Below are positions 1-13,195 of a stretch of 64,000 nucleotides of DNA, piece after piece; within the stretch, counting starts at the first letter, position 1, and every line of letters starts with the position of its first letter. The notes under the pieces are model-generated. The model saw nothing but the letters and a program-made list of their open reading frames with translations. It ran no database searches and was not told the DNA's origin. Source of the DNA: Tubulanus polymorphus (taxonomy: Eukaryota; Animalia; Nemertea); the NCBI RefSeq assembly GCF_964204645.1, contig NC_134036.1, positions 10,829,859 to 10,893,858 on the forward strand, read 5' to 3'. Made by a program: the position numbers and the translations under genes.

Positions 1-344
1 ATTGAGAGTAAACAAATACACGGTAAATTCTTAGATAGAATCAAAAATACTACAAATGTCAAATCTGTAGATTACAAATTTAAGAAGTTAACAGAATTAA
101 CAATTCATAAGAAATATATAATTACCAACATTGATACAGTTTCTAATAAACATGGAGATAAATTAATAATTCACTCTAGAATATGAAGGATTAAAAGGAA
201 ATAAATATAAATTCAGAACTTATTTACCAGATAGATTTCATAGGTTATCTAGTGAAGATTTAGAACAATTATGTTCTGGTGATTTCTATTTCATATATTA
301 GGGTAAGAATGAAAAAAGGGCACCATGAAATAGATTTCGAATAA
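1..344 (+). pseudogene. Frameshifted paralog of the 117-aa Polinton ORF at 22363-22716
   Basis: Near-identical DNA (e.g. ttaccagatagatttcatag, gggcaccatgaaatagatttcgaataa) with indels. Confidence 0.9.
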
Positions 345-380
345 TATAAAATCAATTTTAATAAAAAATTTAGTATTAAA

Positions 381-3300
381 ATGGAAGCAAATAAGAAGTA
401 CTATTGTCCAACATAAATGTAAATAAACATTGTAAATAAATATAGATAAATCCCAAAAAGCAAGACACAATACAACTAAAACGAATTTAGAGAATAGATT
501 GAAATTAGAATATAAAGATGATACATTAGAAACTAAATTAGAAGAATTAAAGAATGAAAAAGAAATATATAAATGTGATACATGTAATCAATCACTCAGT
601 AACAAAAGATATTATAAAGAACATTTAAAATCTAAAAGTCATATTAGAAATATGAATGATGATATTTTAGGTGAAGATTTTTTTGATAAAGATAATGATA
701 AGAATTAAAAGACAATTAAAAGAATAAAAATAAATTAAACAATAAAAGATCATACATGGAAGATGTTAGAAATTATATTAATTCATTAGCTAATAAAAAA
801 GAAATAGATATAACTGAAGCATTTAAAAGTGATATTGGTCCAGCAGCTATCGAGTTTAAATTTCATAAAGGTAAAACATTAGAAGAAAAAAAAAACATTT
901 AGAAAATATGAAAAATATGATAAGGATAATTACAGATGTAGAAAACCCTAAAATTAGTATATCTTGTAAAGTTAAATTTATAAAATCTGAAGATAAACCA
1001 ATATATAATATAAATTCCCATTCACAAAATATCATATCTAAACATGTTGTTAGATTAGATAAATGTTATAATGAAATAAAAAGTAAAATAGAAGAGAAAT
1101 ATTTTGAAGGATCAGGTTTAATATTCAAAGAAATGATATTTATGGCTTTACATGTTTATAACACAAAATATAATAAGTTAACTAAATCAAAACCAATTGA
1201 TGAAAATAATTTATCATATTATAAAGATGATAATATAGATGGATCAAGTTATATCAAAATACAATTTAAAACTAATGTTATAAATGTACAAAATGAAGAT
1301 GATAAATGTTTTCTATGGTCAATAATTAGTTGCTTACACCCAGTTGAAGATTATAAACAACATAGTTTTAGATTAACACATTATAAACCATTTGAAAATA
1401 ATTATAAGATAGATAATTATCCTGTTAGAATTAAAAATATCCCAAAAATAGAAAGAGATAATAATTTAAAGATTAATGTGTTTGATTAAATCAAATTACC
1501 AAAAACAAAAGGTAACAATATAAAACATTTTACATTAGAGCCTTTGTATTTATCAAAAGATTATGATTTAAATGGTGTTATAGATATATTATATTATGAA
1601 AATCATTATATGTGGATTAAAAGAATTGATTTATTTTTTAAATCAGAAGATGATTTTGATAATAAAATATATCTATGTAGAAAATGTATAACTAAATTCA
1701 AAACTGAAAGTGCATTATAAAATCATAAACAATTATGTGAAAATCATGATTATTGTAAAATATTTTTACCAAATGAAAAAGTTAAAGTATTAGAATTAAA
1801 AAAATATGATTACAAGAATAAAGTACCATTTGTAATACATCGAGATTTTGAATCATTAAATAAAGAATTAACTGATCAAGATAGAAAAGAAATATATTAT
1901 AAAAGAAAGAAATTGAATTGTACTGAAAATGATGTAATTGATTATTCAGATCCTCTGATAACAAATACTATTAAAAAGATTCATCAATCAGCTGCAGCTT
2001 TTGGATTATATCTTAAATCTGATTATCCAGAACTAATCAAAAGTGAATATTATAATTATAGAAATGAAATTGTTATCAATCATTTTTGCGACTTATTAAT
2101 TGAATATGAAATGAAGTTTAGTAAACTATTAGATACAAATATAGAAATTATAATGACAGAAGAAGATAACGAAGAATTTGAGTTTTCAGATAAATGTTAT
2201 TATTGCGAAAAAACTATTTAATCTAACAGATAAAAAAGTAAGAGACCATGATCATTTGAATGGAAAGTTTAGAGGCGCAGCGCATGAGAATTGTAACTTA
2301 CAAGCAAAGAAAATTAACTTTGTTCCAGTTATATTTCATAATTTATCAGGGTATGATGCTCATTTATTCATCAAACAACTATGCCATAAAATAGAAGAAA
2401 TCAATAATGAAATAGAAAGATTAAATTCAAATAGATCAAAAGATAAAATACCAAATTATAGATTTAAAATGTTACCTAAAACATCTGAGAATTATATATC
2501 TTTCCAATTTTGGTATCTAAGATTTATAGATTCATATAGATTTTTATGTAGTTCAATAGATAATTTATCAAAATTATTAGTTGATGATGAATTGAAGATA
2601 TTAAAACAACACTATCCAAATAATGATGATTTTCAATTAATGAGATATAAAGAAGCAATTCCACATAGTTTTTATAAATGGCATAATGATTTCAATATAT
2701 CTGAATTATTAAAAGAACAATTCTATGATGAATTAAAAAATGAATATGTTAAAGATGAAGTCTATAATAGAACATTGAATATTTGGAATCATTTTAGAAT
2801 AAAAAATCATGGACAATTAGTAGATTTATATTTAAAATCAGATGTATTATTATTAACTGATATATTCGAAAGGTTTAGAGATGTAAATCTAAAATATTTC
2901 GATATTGATCTATGTCATTTTTATTCTAGTCCAGGTTTAACTTGGGACTGTGGGTTAAAATTTACAAATATAAAAATGGATTTGTTGACAAATATAGATC
3001 AATTATCATTATTTGAAAAATCTATGAGAGGAGGAGTTTCAGGTGTATTAGGTGATAGATATTTCAATGTAAATGATAATCCTGGATATAAGTTATTATA
3101 TATAGATGCAAAAAATCTATATGGTTGGGCAATGATGGAACCACAACCTTATGGAGTATTTGAAATAACTGAAGTTTTACAACATGAAAATAATGATTAA
3201 TTTGATTGGAAGAAAATAATTCTAGATATTGCAGATGATTCAGATACTGGTTACTTTTTTGTTGTAGACTTAGAATATCCTGAAAACATTAAATTTAAAT

Positions 3301-4440
3301 CTAGAAATCTAGCATACTGTCCAGGACATAAAACTGTAACACATGAAGAATTATCAAATTATCAAAAAAGAATTACACCCGTAAATCATATTCATACAGA
3401 AAAGTTAATCGTAACTCAAGAAGATAAATATAATTATGTAGTACATTATCGGATGATAAATTCTATTTGAATCAAGGAATGATTCTAAAGAATGTACATA
3501 GATATATTTCATTCAGTCAATCTAAATGGTTAGAAAAATATATAGATTTTAATACCAAACAGAGAACTAAAGCTAAAACTGATTTTGAGAAATATTTTTT
3601 CAAGTTAATGAATAATGTATTCTATGGTAAGACTTGTGAGAATATTAGAAATAGAAATGATATTGAGTTAGTTAGTAATGGTAAAGGAATTAGGCATTTC
3701 ATTCAGTCAATCTAAATGGTTAGAAAAATATATAGATTTTAATACCAAACAGAGAACTAAAGCTAAAACTGATTTTGAGAAAGATTTTTTCAAGTTAATG
3801 AATAATGTATTCTATGGTAAGACTTGTGAGAATATTAGAAATAGAAATGATATTGAGTTAGTTAGTAATGGTAAAGGAATTAGGCATTTACAAACATATC
3901 CTAAATTTATTGGTAACAGAATTGTTGAAAATTTAGCTACAGTTAAAATGAAAAGAACTTCTATGAAATTTAATAAACCAATTTATGTTTGAGCATCAGT
4001 TTTAGAAATATCAAAATTATTAATGTATGAATTCTATTATAACGTTTTGCAGTTACCTTTTGGAGAAAAGCATATAGAAATGTTTTATTTTGATACTGAC
4101 AGTTACATATTAAAGATAAAAACTAATAACATAACAAATGATTTAAAAACATTAAAACATCATTTCGACTTGAGTAACTATCCTAAAACTCGTGAATTGT
4201 TTAGCAATGATAATAAAAAAGTTAAGGATGAATTAGGAGGTGAAGAAATGATTGAATTTATAGGCATTAGATCTAAAATGTATTCATATAAAACCAAAAC
4301 TCATGAATCAAAGAAATTGAAAGGTATAACAAAAAGCGTTGTTGAAAAGAATATTCATTTAAAAGATAACATCAATTGTATATTTAATGAAGAAGTTAGA
4401 AAACATAAAATGAGATGTTTAAGATCTGAGTACCACGAAA
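381..4440 (+). pseudogene. polB: Protein-primed family B DNA polymerase (Polinton pPolB), fragmented
   Basis: ORF pieces 499-4511 carry a C2H2 finger, NVQNEDDKCFLW, an endonuclease VII-like CYYC..RDHDHLNGKFRGAAH..CN, exonuclease FHNLSGYD and YLKSDV, and polymerase motifs YIDAxNLYGWAM, KLMNNVFYGK, YFDTDS and KLKGI. Confidence 0.95.
3507..3889 (+). repeat. 190-bp tandem duplication inside polB (duplicates motif B and frameshifts the gene)
   Basis: attcagtcaatctaaatgg... starts at 3511 and 3701; one visible substitution. Confidence 0.95.
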
Positions 4441-4842
4441 ATATTCTAAAGATGGTAAGCAAAGTTACTGTAAAACTTGTAGCAAACTTAATACTAAACA
4501 ATATCAAGTGAATAATCCAGAAAAATGTAATGAAAAAATAGACGTTGGCGAGCTAATAATCGTGAACATTTTAATTAATTTCAAAAAGAAAGGTATAAAA
4601 CAGATCTTAATTTCAAAATGAGAAAATGTCTAGGTGTTAGATAAACACAATTATTCAGTAAAGACAAAAACTCGTACACACTATCTAATTTGTTAGGCTG
4701 TTCGGATGAATTTTTTAAATCATGGATTATATTTCAGTTCAATGATGAAATGAATATTAATAATTATGGAAATTATTTTCAAATAGATCATGTGTTACCG
4801 GTATCTTAATTTAACATGAATAATGAACACAATCAGAAAATA
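4433..4842 (+). pseudogene. Decayed HNH endonuclease of the type found in large DNA viruses and phages
   Basis: Manual translation: SKDGKQSYCKTC ... LLGCSDEFFKSWIIFQFNDEMNINNYGNYFQIDHVLPVS; stops and frameshift; cut at 4842 by an insertion. Confidence 0.8.
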
Positions 4843-4873
4843 TAGCTGCAAAGCAGCGATAACGGGTTTTCTG
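4842..4873 (-). mobile_element. Terminus of a hairpin-ended non-autonomous element (same family as 40835-41347)
   Basis: atagctgcaaagcagcgataacgggttttctg is the exact reverse complement of 41314-41345. Confidence 0.7.
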
Positions 4874-4894
4874 CACAGTCTTAGAATCCTGTTC

Positions 4895-5120
4895 AACGGT
4901 GGATTTCGACGAAGCACTTGATAAGGCATAACATCAGCCATTACCAATCAGGCTATTAGGAAACAGTATCAATGATAGGTCGCCCAAATGGCTCAGCAGT
5001 TATCTCTGAACTTGTAGCCGAAATCAACGGAACGCTTCATCTTGGAATAATTCGGTCTAGTGGAGTCACGCAAGGTAGTATATGTCGTCTTCTGTTTAAT
5101 GTCCTCACAAATGACATACA
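4895..5120 (+). pseudogene. Highly decayed non-LTR reverse transcriptase fragment
   Basis: VDFDEALDK..KWLSSYL..SGVTQGS..LLFNVLTNDI resembles DFxKAFD / W..SYL / SGVPQGS..LLFNI..ND. Confidence 0.7.
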
Positions 5121-6317
5121 CAGTAATCCAAAAGATACTAGACCGAGTAAATTTCCAAAACGACCTTATCACGCCGTTCGACCAAAAAACTTAATGTTCC
5201 TACAAGAAAATCTTCTTCGAATGAAAACAGTTCTGTTTGATCGAAATATACGCTTTTCGAACGAATGTTTGAATGAAAACAATTCAGTTCGATTGAACGA
5301 AATACTTAATACTTTTGATTCGGAGAAAAAACTTTTTACAACATACATGTTCTGACAGGAAAATTCTGTTCGAATTAATACGATTCTGTTCGGTCAAATG
5401 ATTGTTCGAACGAAAAACCTTTCGTTTGGACAAAATAAATTGTTCAACTTTGTTCTAACGATTTTTTTCAAATTGGTTCAATCGAACAGAATATTATTGT
5501 TTCGATCGAAACAAATTTTGTTCCGACGAAAGAATTTTCAAGCGAAAGGTCTTTTGAACGAAAAAAGGGATATGTCTGGGGCTTCTCAGTAACTTAAAGC
5601 CGGACGTAGGTCGGCCTTGCGACGCGATGCGATCCTCGCGTTGCATCGCAAGTTTCGGTGCAAGTCGGTTGCGATACGATTGTCAGCGACTGTGTGCGAT
5701 TAGTTTCTGCCAGTCGCAAGAGCGCGTAGGTCGGTTGTGACAGTCGTGTAGCGTCGCAGAACGTAGAACACGTGCGACTCCTTGTGACTGGCGTTGCTGA
5801 CTGTCGCAACCCGTCACAAGGGAGCGTAGGTCGATGAGTCAAATGAAAAGTCTGGCTCATAAAGCTTTCTGCTCAGACGAAATTTAAAAAAAAAATCTTC
5901 ATTTTTGGCAATAAAATCGATAATTGTGATTGATCGTTGCAAGTCAGAACCAGTTAAGCACTAATTAACATGCATTTTAATAAATCTGATTCCTCCTTTA
6001 CAGTTAACTTAGCTTTAACCTAGTAGAGGCTACTAGCCTATGTAGGCCTATGTATATGCGTAGGCCTAACATCCGGACAGATTGGCGTAGGCCTATTGAA
6101 TAACAACCCTCCTAAATATCGTAAATTTTGCTTTGAAGTTCAATTCAATGAGTGCGTTAATAAACGCAACAATTATACTGTGTTTGTTGAGACAGTAAAG
6201 CTCAGTACCGATAGGCCTAAAGTATGGTGGCTGATAAGGGCCATGCGTAAAAAAAACACGAATATGCAAATGAGGGCGACATTACAACAAAACGACAAAA
6301 CTAAAATAACGCGACTA

Positions 6318-6402
6318 GGTTTTGTCGCCCGCGACAATTCATTATTTTGGTTTTGTCGCACGCGACGATTCAATATTTTGGTTTTGTCGCCCGCGACAAT
6401 TC
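6318..6402 (+). repeat. ~33-bp tandem array (ttttggttttgtcgcNcgcgacaattc), left part; resumes at 14787-14915
   Basis: The same unit occurs on both sides of the 6403-14786 insertion and the broken unit rejoins in register. Confidence 0.8.
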
Positions 6403-6889
6403 CATTATGAGTTTTCCGGTTTGCTCGGCTACCCGTACTGGCGGGGTAGTCTAGAGAGGCCAATGAAAACTCCGGTTTGCTGAACCACCCCTCTTTGCGG
6501 GGATGCGGTATGATGTTTGATCTGACAGTTTCAAGTGGTTAACGGCTGTTTCAAGTGCTTACAACGATGCTTATTACTTCGTGGTACATGGTGGTTTAAA
6601 AAAAGATTTCATAATAATACGCTCACCGCGTGGGCTTCGTGGAAAGACCACTACCTGTGACCTTCCCAAATTTTAATTGTCCTGTCCGATTTGGTTTCAT
6701 CCAATTGAGAGACTGCCTTTTCCAGTTAGGGCATTTTTGGATCACGTCACTCCAGGAAATGACTTAACGCTTTTGGGCCCCTTCGTCGGTTCCACATGTT
6801 TCATTTGAGCTATAGACCATGATGGTCAGTAACTGACCAATTGAGATATCCCCGAGTCTGAACACTTGACTTCGAATTTCGGAAATTTA

Positions 6890-7203
6890 TCATGTAATGT
6901 TTGTGTTCAAACTACTAAGGAATCATCATTGCAAATTCATCACTGACCATCACTGACCACCAATGACCAATTCAAACTTCTCGAATATGAAAACGATATA
7001 CCGCGTTATGGTGTCAAACTAGAAAGGATTCGCCATTGAAAATTCATAAATTGACCATCACTGACCATCACTGACCATCACTGACCAATTGAAACTTCTT
7101 GAAAGAACAATATTACCGGTACTGCATTAGATGTGAAACAAGAAAGGATTCAGTCGCCATTAAAAATTAATAAATTGACCATCACTGACCACCACTGACC
7201 AAT
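6890..7203 (+). repeat. ~120-bp tandem repeat with ctgacca subrepeats, left part; resumes at 9811-10045
   Basis: Unit ...gaaaggattcgccattgaaaattcataaattgaccatcactgacc... occurs on both sides of the LINE. Confidence 0.85.
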
Positions 7204-9810
7204 TTGATTTGAACACTTTATTTTTCAAATATAATTTACAGCATAGTGTACAAAGCATAATACAAAATACAGTAAATTAGACCTGGAGGGGCCTGTAGAA
7301 ACTAAGGAATAGTTTGTATAAAACAGGTCCCTCAAAAGAGAAAAGAAAAAAAGAGAAATGCAATAAAGAAAATAATATGCTCACAGTCAACCCTTAACAC
7401 ACAAAATGCAATCAAAGTAAACTATGATAACAGCTTGATTAAGATATAATCATTTAATAAGCCAGTTATTTTCTGAAATATTCCAAAAACAATAATTTTA
7501 GTTCGAATAACTGTATGATAAAATCAAGCACAAAGTTGCTTTCTATAATTTCTTAGGAACAGTTTAGAATTTTCCATGTTTTTTAGATTTTCACTGATGT
7601 TATTCCAAAGTAAAGGGCCGGATACTTTTACTGAAAATTTTCTTCTTAGACTATTGAAAGAAAGTGTTTGTAAATCTTGACGTCGCCGAGTATTGTGACT
7701 GTGGATTTGAAAATTTTGGTTCCAATAATTTTCGAATGATTTCGGTAATTCGGAGTGGACAGATCTGTAGATAAAAGTACCTAGCTGAAGTTTATTAATA
7801 TCTTTGAGCTTGAGGATATTAAAAGCTTTGAATAAAGGGTCAGTGTGCGCCAAATAATAGGAATTAGAAATTAGCCTGATAGCTCTTTTTTGCAATACAA
7901 TTAATGGCTGAAGTTTATTTTCAAAATTTCGTCCCCAAACTAAGTTACAATACTGGAGGTAAGGATCAATAAGCGACAAATAAAGGGTACGAAGAGAACT
8001 CACTGGCAGCTTATGTCTTACTCTATTTATTGTACCAATGCTTCGAGAAACTTTTTTTTCAACTGAATTTATTTGATCGTCCCAGGTTAAATTTCTGTCT
8101 ATAAAAACTCCAAGAAAATTTGTGACATTGACTTGTTTGATCTCTATATTGTTAATTGATATTCTCAAGTTATGTTTCAATAGTTTACCGAACACCATAA
8201 ATGACGTCTTCTTTACATTTATTGACAGCTTGTTTGTTTGAAACCAGGTATACAATTTTGATAATTCAATGTTTACTGTACGTACTAATCTGTCTAAATT
8301 AATGTCACTATAAAAGGCATTTGTGTCATCGGCAAACAATATAAGTTTTAACACAATAGAAAATTTAATACAGTCGTTTACATATAATAAAAAAAGCAAG
8401 GGACCTAAAATTGAGCCTTGGGGTACTCCAGTTTTAACGGTACATAACGAGGATTTATAATTTTGAATTTGAACAAATTGTTTTCTATCCTTCAAATAGT
8501 CTTCAAACCAGTTGTTAGAGATGCCTCTTATTCCATAAAAACATAATTTTCTTAATAAGATTTCGTGATCAACGGTGTCAAAGGCTTTTGATAAATCTAA
8601 GAATACCCCAATAGTTGATTTGTTTTCTTCTAAATTTTGTCAAATTTCATCAGTTATCAATGTTAAGGCCATGGCAGTTGAATGGTTCTTTCGAAAGCCG
8701 AACTGGTTTGGTTGAATGATATGAAACTTGTTACAATATTCGGTTAATCGATTATACACTATCTTTTCGAGAATTTTAGAAAAGCAAGGCAGTACGGATA
8801 TCGGTCTGTAATTATCAAAAGAGTCATTATTGCCAGCTTTATAGAGTGGACGTATTCGCGCTACCTTCAGTTCAGCCGGCACTATACCGGAATTTAAGCT
8901 ACAGTTAAATATATGAGTTAGCGGGTATTTTACAGAATCAATTATTTTCTTAACTACTTTTACAGAGAAACCATCAGCACCAGCGCCTTTGCTGGGTGAG
9001 AAATCATTTACAATCTGACTGATTTCATCAGGGTGGGTCGGGAAAAAGAAAAAGTTTTCATTTACTGGATCTGTCAGATATTCACTGAAGTGGACACCTG
9101 TATCTGGTATTTGATTGGCTAGGTTGCTACCAATATTTACAAAGAAAGAATTAAATTCATTAGCGATATTTTCATAGCCGTTTACAACGATACCGTTCCT
9201 TTTGAAAGAGCAAGGTAATCTACACCGATCATTAGAAGATTTTCCAATTAGACTGTTTAAGATAATCCATGATTTTTTCATGTCGGATTTGGCTGCAAGT
9301 AATTTAGTCTCATAATACTTTTTCTCGGCATATTTGAGTGTACGAGACAAGGTACGTTTGTAATTCAAATAATTTTTCAAATGTGATCTATTACGCAAAG
9401 ATTTTCTGTACAAGCGATTTTTGTGTTTAATACATTTCAATAATCCAGATGATAACCACGGTTTATGTAATTTATTTTCGTTTATTTTACGGGGAGTTGA
9501 AAAAGGAAAACATTCATTATATAATTCCATGAATTTAGTGTTAAATGCGCTGTATGAGAGTTGCGGGTCTGCATTACTATAGATATCCGACCAATCAGTG
9601 GCCAGAAGAGCTCTATTGAATTTTGAAATGTTACGTTCACAATAGTTTCTGTTCGAAGTCACCTCTTGGTCAATTTTGGGCTCAACGTGATTACAGACAG
9701 TAAAAATAGGAAAATGATCCGAAATATCGGTACAAATAATACCTGTACTAAACACATGGCGAATATCGTTACAAAAAATATTATCTATAAGCGTCGAGGA
9801 TGTGGGAGTG
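7204..9810 (-). mobile_element. 5'-truncated non-LTR retrotransposon (CR1/L2-group LINE), ORF2 with one in-frame stop
   Basis: ORFs 8640-9878 and 7524-8495 share a frame, split by TGA at 8640-8642. APE C-terminus (LIDNIF, SDHFPI), RT motifs (NYRPIS, QFGFR, DLSKAFD, GVPQGS, FADD). AATAAA plus tcaaa tail at the 3' end. Confidence 0.95.
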
Positions 9811-12369
9811 ATTGAAACTTCTTGAAAGAACGATATACCGGTACCGCATTTGGTGTGAAACGAGAAAGGATTCGCCATTGAAAATTCATAAATTGACCAT
9901 CACTGACGACCACCAACCAATTGAAATTTCTTGAATGAACGATATACCGGTACCGCATTTGGTGTGAAACTAGAAAGGATTCGCCATTAAAATTCATAAA
10001 TTGACCATCACTGACCACCACTGCCCAAGTGAAACTTCTCAAACATCGTGGTCGAATTCGAAAGTGCTTGTCGTCGTATTACTATTTCTAGAAACCAGCA
10101 GTATGTTTTGCTACTGTTTTTGAATGGCGTTGACATGATGGAAATTTATTACCCATAAATGGGTTACACATCTGGATCACAAATGGGTTACACATCTGGA
10201 TCACAGCACCTCACTTGCCGCAATGCGTTATTTTCACTGCATAGTAATGCTAATACATAAACTTTTTGACTACTTGACTCGAATCATCGGAACAGTACTG
10301 CGTTTGAAAACTCAACGAATAGAAAATGTTTGCGGGAAGCGCCTACAAATAAGTTATAATAAGATTAATTAATCGATGCATGAAAAACAATTAAATCACA
10401 AGGTGACTAACACCTCTCTTTCAACCAATCTGCGCGATACCAATTAATTAAATCATTAAACGCATTGGGTTCCTAATATTTGAAATCATGCGATACAATA
10501 GTTGTTCTTTAGACTTGGCCACTTTCATTTCAGAAAACCGTGTATTAGACCAGTGGTCACCGAGGCATTAACCATTCCTTCATGTTTTGAAAATTCGATG
10601 GTAACGCGGATTCTTCGCCTCTAAAAAACTGTTTCGTTAATAGTTTTCTTTATATGAAAAGAGTTCATAGGAATTGAAATTTGGAGTGATATCAGTCACA
10701 GCTGTAACCCTTTTTCATTGTCAGTTTTTTTGGAATTCAAGTAGATTAGTGAAAATATCAATGATGAAGTTCACTTATTATATCAAGTACCGTTTTTACT
10801 GTCGCATGCGAGTCGAAACAAAAAGATCTATCCAACTGCATATCTTCGGGTATGAACTGTGATATCCTTCAGTATGTTATGAATATCTTTAAAAATTTGT
10901 GTTCTAGTATAATACCCGAAGGTTTAACTATCGGACACATAAAAGATTCGCCATAATCAAAGTTTTTAAGAAAATCTTTCTTCGAGAAAGAAAGATCTTT
11001 AAAAGAACTATTGGCGTCAAACTAATCCATAATGGACTGTTGTGAATTTATTGAATAATCCACCTGAGAAATTTAAAGATTTCGAAGCGAAATTTATTCA
11101 TATGAATCAAAAATGCATGAAATAACTTGACGTTATTTGCGGGTCTCATGAAACACTTTCGTGCGCTCTTTTTAAATCTAAAATAGCATAAATACATGCG
11201 TGTTTCGTTATAAACAAGGTTAAATTCCAAACGCACATGAAATATGGAGCCTGTATCACACGATATACACATCTTGAATTTTCTCTAACTACGTAGGCCC
11301 TTTCCAAATGGGAATTGTTCAGTTTTTTAACGGCCGACATTCAGAGGCACCTAAAAAACCGGTTGTATAGCACTTGAGATTTTCAGTGTAGGGCACATCT
11401 CACATCGACTCGGCTCGCGGTCGGTGGTTTAATGGGAACACATCTGGTTGTTACTAGTTTAACAGTTGACGAATTCAGAAAACTTTTTTCAAATGTCTTT
11501 GATAACTTTTGAAACATAGTATTCTTCTTAATTACATTTCGCTGATTCCATAGATATTTTTTCATGAAAATTGCTCCAGTTATAACGGATTTAAACATAC
11601 ATGTAAAATGATTATTTTCAAAATATTCAATTTTCTCCGATTTTGAAGAAATTCTGACACAATATCATCTCCACTCGACACATGATTTTACTTCGGCGCC
11701 TTTGAAGGGAGTGTCACTTGTTGATTATATATTTTTACTCAAACAAGAAGATATGCCTGATTCCTTTTTAGAATTTAGATTTCGACGGATATCATCAAAT
11801 CACTAGAAAGGGACAGCAGCTTTCGGTCATCCGCAAAAAATACCTAAAATGCCCACCTAGGGTTATGGAAAAACATGTCACGAGCAAGAAACGTTTGGGA
11901 TCGTCCGCCAATGGTATCGCCAAAGAAATAATAAGGAGCCAGTCCGTGGTGGCTATTGAAAGCGACGACCGCATGTGAATGCATTGATTGAATGACATCT
12001 CAAAAGTCAGATTATATAAAATTGAACATGATATATGGATAGGTTATTCCATATATACTGGTAAAAATGATGCCCAATATGTGATATAAATGTTCAATTA
12101 AAAAGTAGAAACCATAATTCAGTCTGGTATTGTTATAACATCAAACACTCAAATTTAATCCTTTGTTAGATTGGTAGCCAGTGTAGATGAGCACGAATAG
12201 TGGTCCCTAATTTTAATGTGGACTGTTCAACAAGTTGGAGTTTGTGTAGAGATGAATGAGTTTAAAATGGAGTGGAATTTAGATAATACTGTTTGAATGT
12301 CTATTTAACTCAATCTTTTTATTGATCATAAAAAATTGTGGTAAAATATTTGACTCTAGGGTTGGTTTT

Positions 12370-13195
12370 AGATTGTATCTCTCCACGCCAGAGGTAATCA
12401 CGGATATTGGACTACACAAAATTCCTTGTGCACAGCTCAACTTTTTAAATCCCTGGAAAAGCTCGCCACGGATATATCTCAGTAATGATTAATTTTCCCA
12501 CAAATTCTCGCCTTCGAAAAACCTAAACAACCAATGTACGCTTGCTCTAAGTTTGCCAATGCACTATTGTTACCTTTTCTAGCTATTTGCACTGGCTGTT
12601 TGTCGCAAATAGATTGCATCCTCTATTACAGGAGTAAAGGATACAGCTCTGGGACCCATTTCTCAAAAGATTGTTTAAATTAACCATCATCCAATATGAT
12701 ACGTGACTAAATACATTGAAAAAGATCAACTATGTACACATTCCAAATTTCAAACCATGTTTTATCATTAGAAAATTACGACACAACGTTCGATCTCTCA
12801 CTAGAGATAATCTTTTTGAATTTGTACACTGAGTTTTCGTATCGTATTATCGTATTTTCAATTCGCTGCTTTTGAGTCAACAAGTACAAAGTTATTTTAG
12901 CAATGAAAATTTAATTGTCATTATAAATGTTAACTATCCACTGGTAAACTTACTAACTTTTGGCAACTGACCTTAGATCGTGGAATGGCCTCGGGTGGCC
13001 TGCTGATCCATTCTTTATTTATACTACTAAAGAAATATACAGTATAAGACGTAAAAAGTATATGAACATATTATTTATCTTTAAATCGCGATAATTCGTG
13101 TACGTATGATTGAAAAACGATATTCTATCGAATCTCATGGTACTTATGATTATTGTGTATAGAATCAATAATTAGCAACCCTCCACGGATACGAA
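12370..13195 (+). repeat. Dispersed repeat; inverted diverged copy at ~36390-37270
   Basis: Shared blocks in opposite orientation, e.g. acgccagaggtaat, ttgttaccttttctagctattt, gttcgatctctcactagag, ggtggcctgctgatcca. Confidence 0.8.

Larger units (their letters stand above)
1..4842 (+). mobile_element. Polinton/Maverick-like endogenous viral element, decayed copy 1 (extends left of window)
   Basis: Very AT-rich block carrying a broken pPolB gene, colinear with the copy at 16523-22716. Confidence 0.9.

Noticed and set aside
9811-9878. N-terminus of the 412-aa LINE ORF
   Set aside because: Read-through from the flanking 120-bp repeat; the LINE is truncated at 9810.
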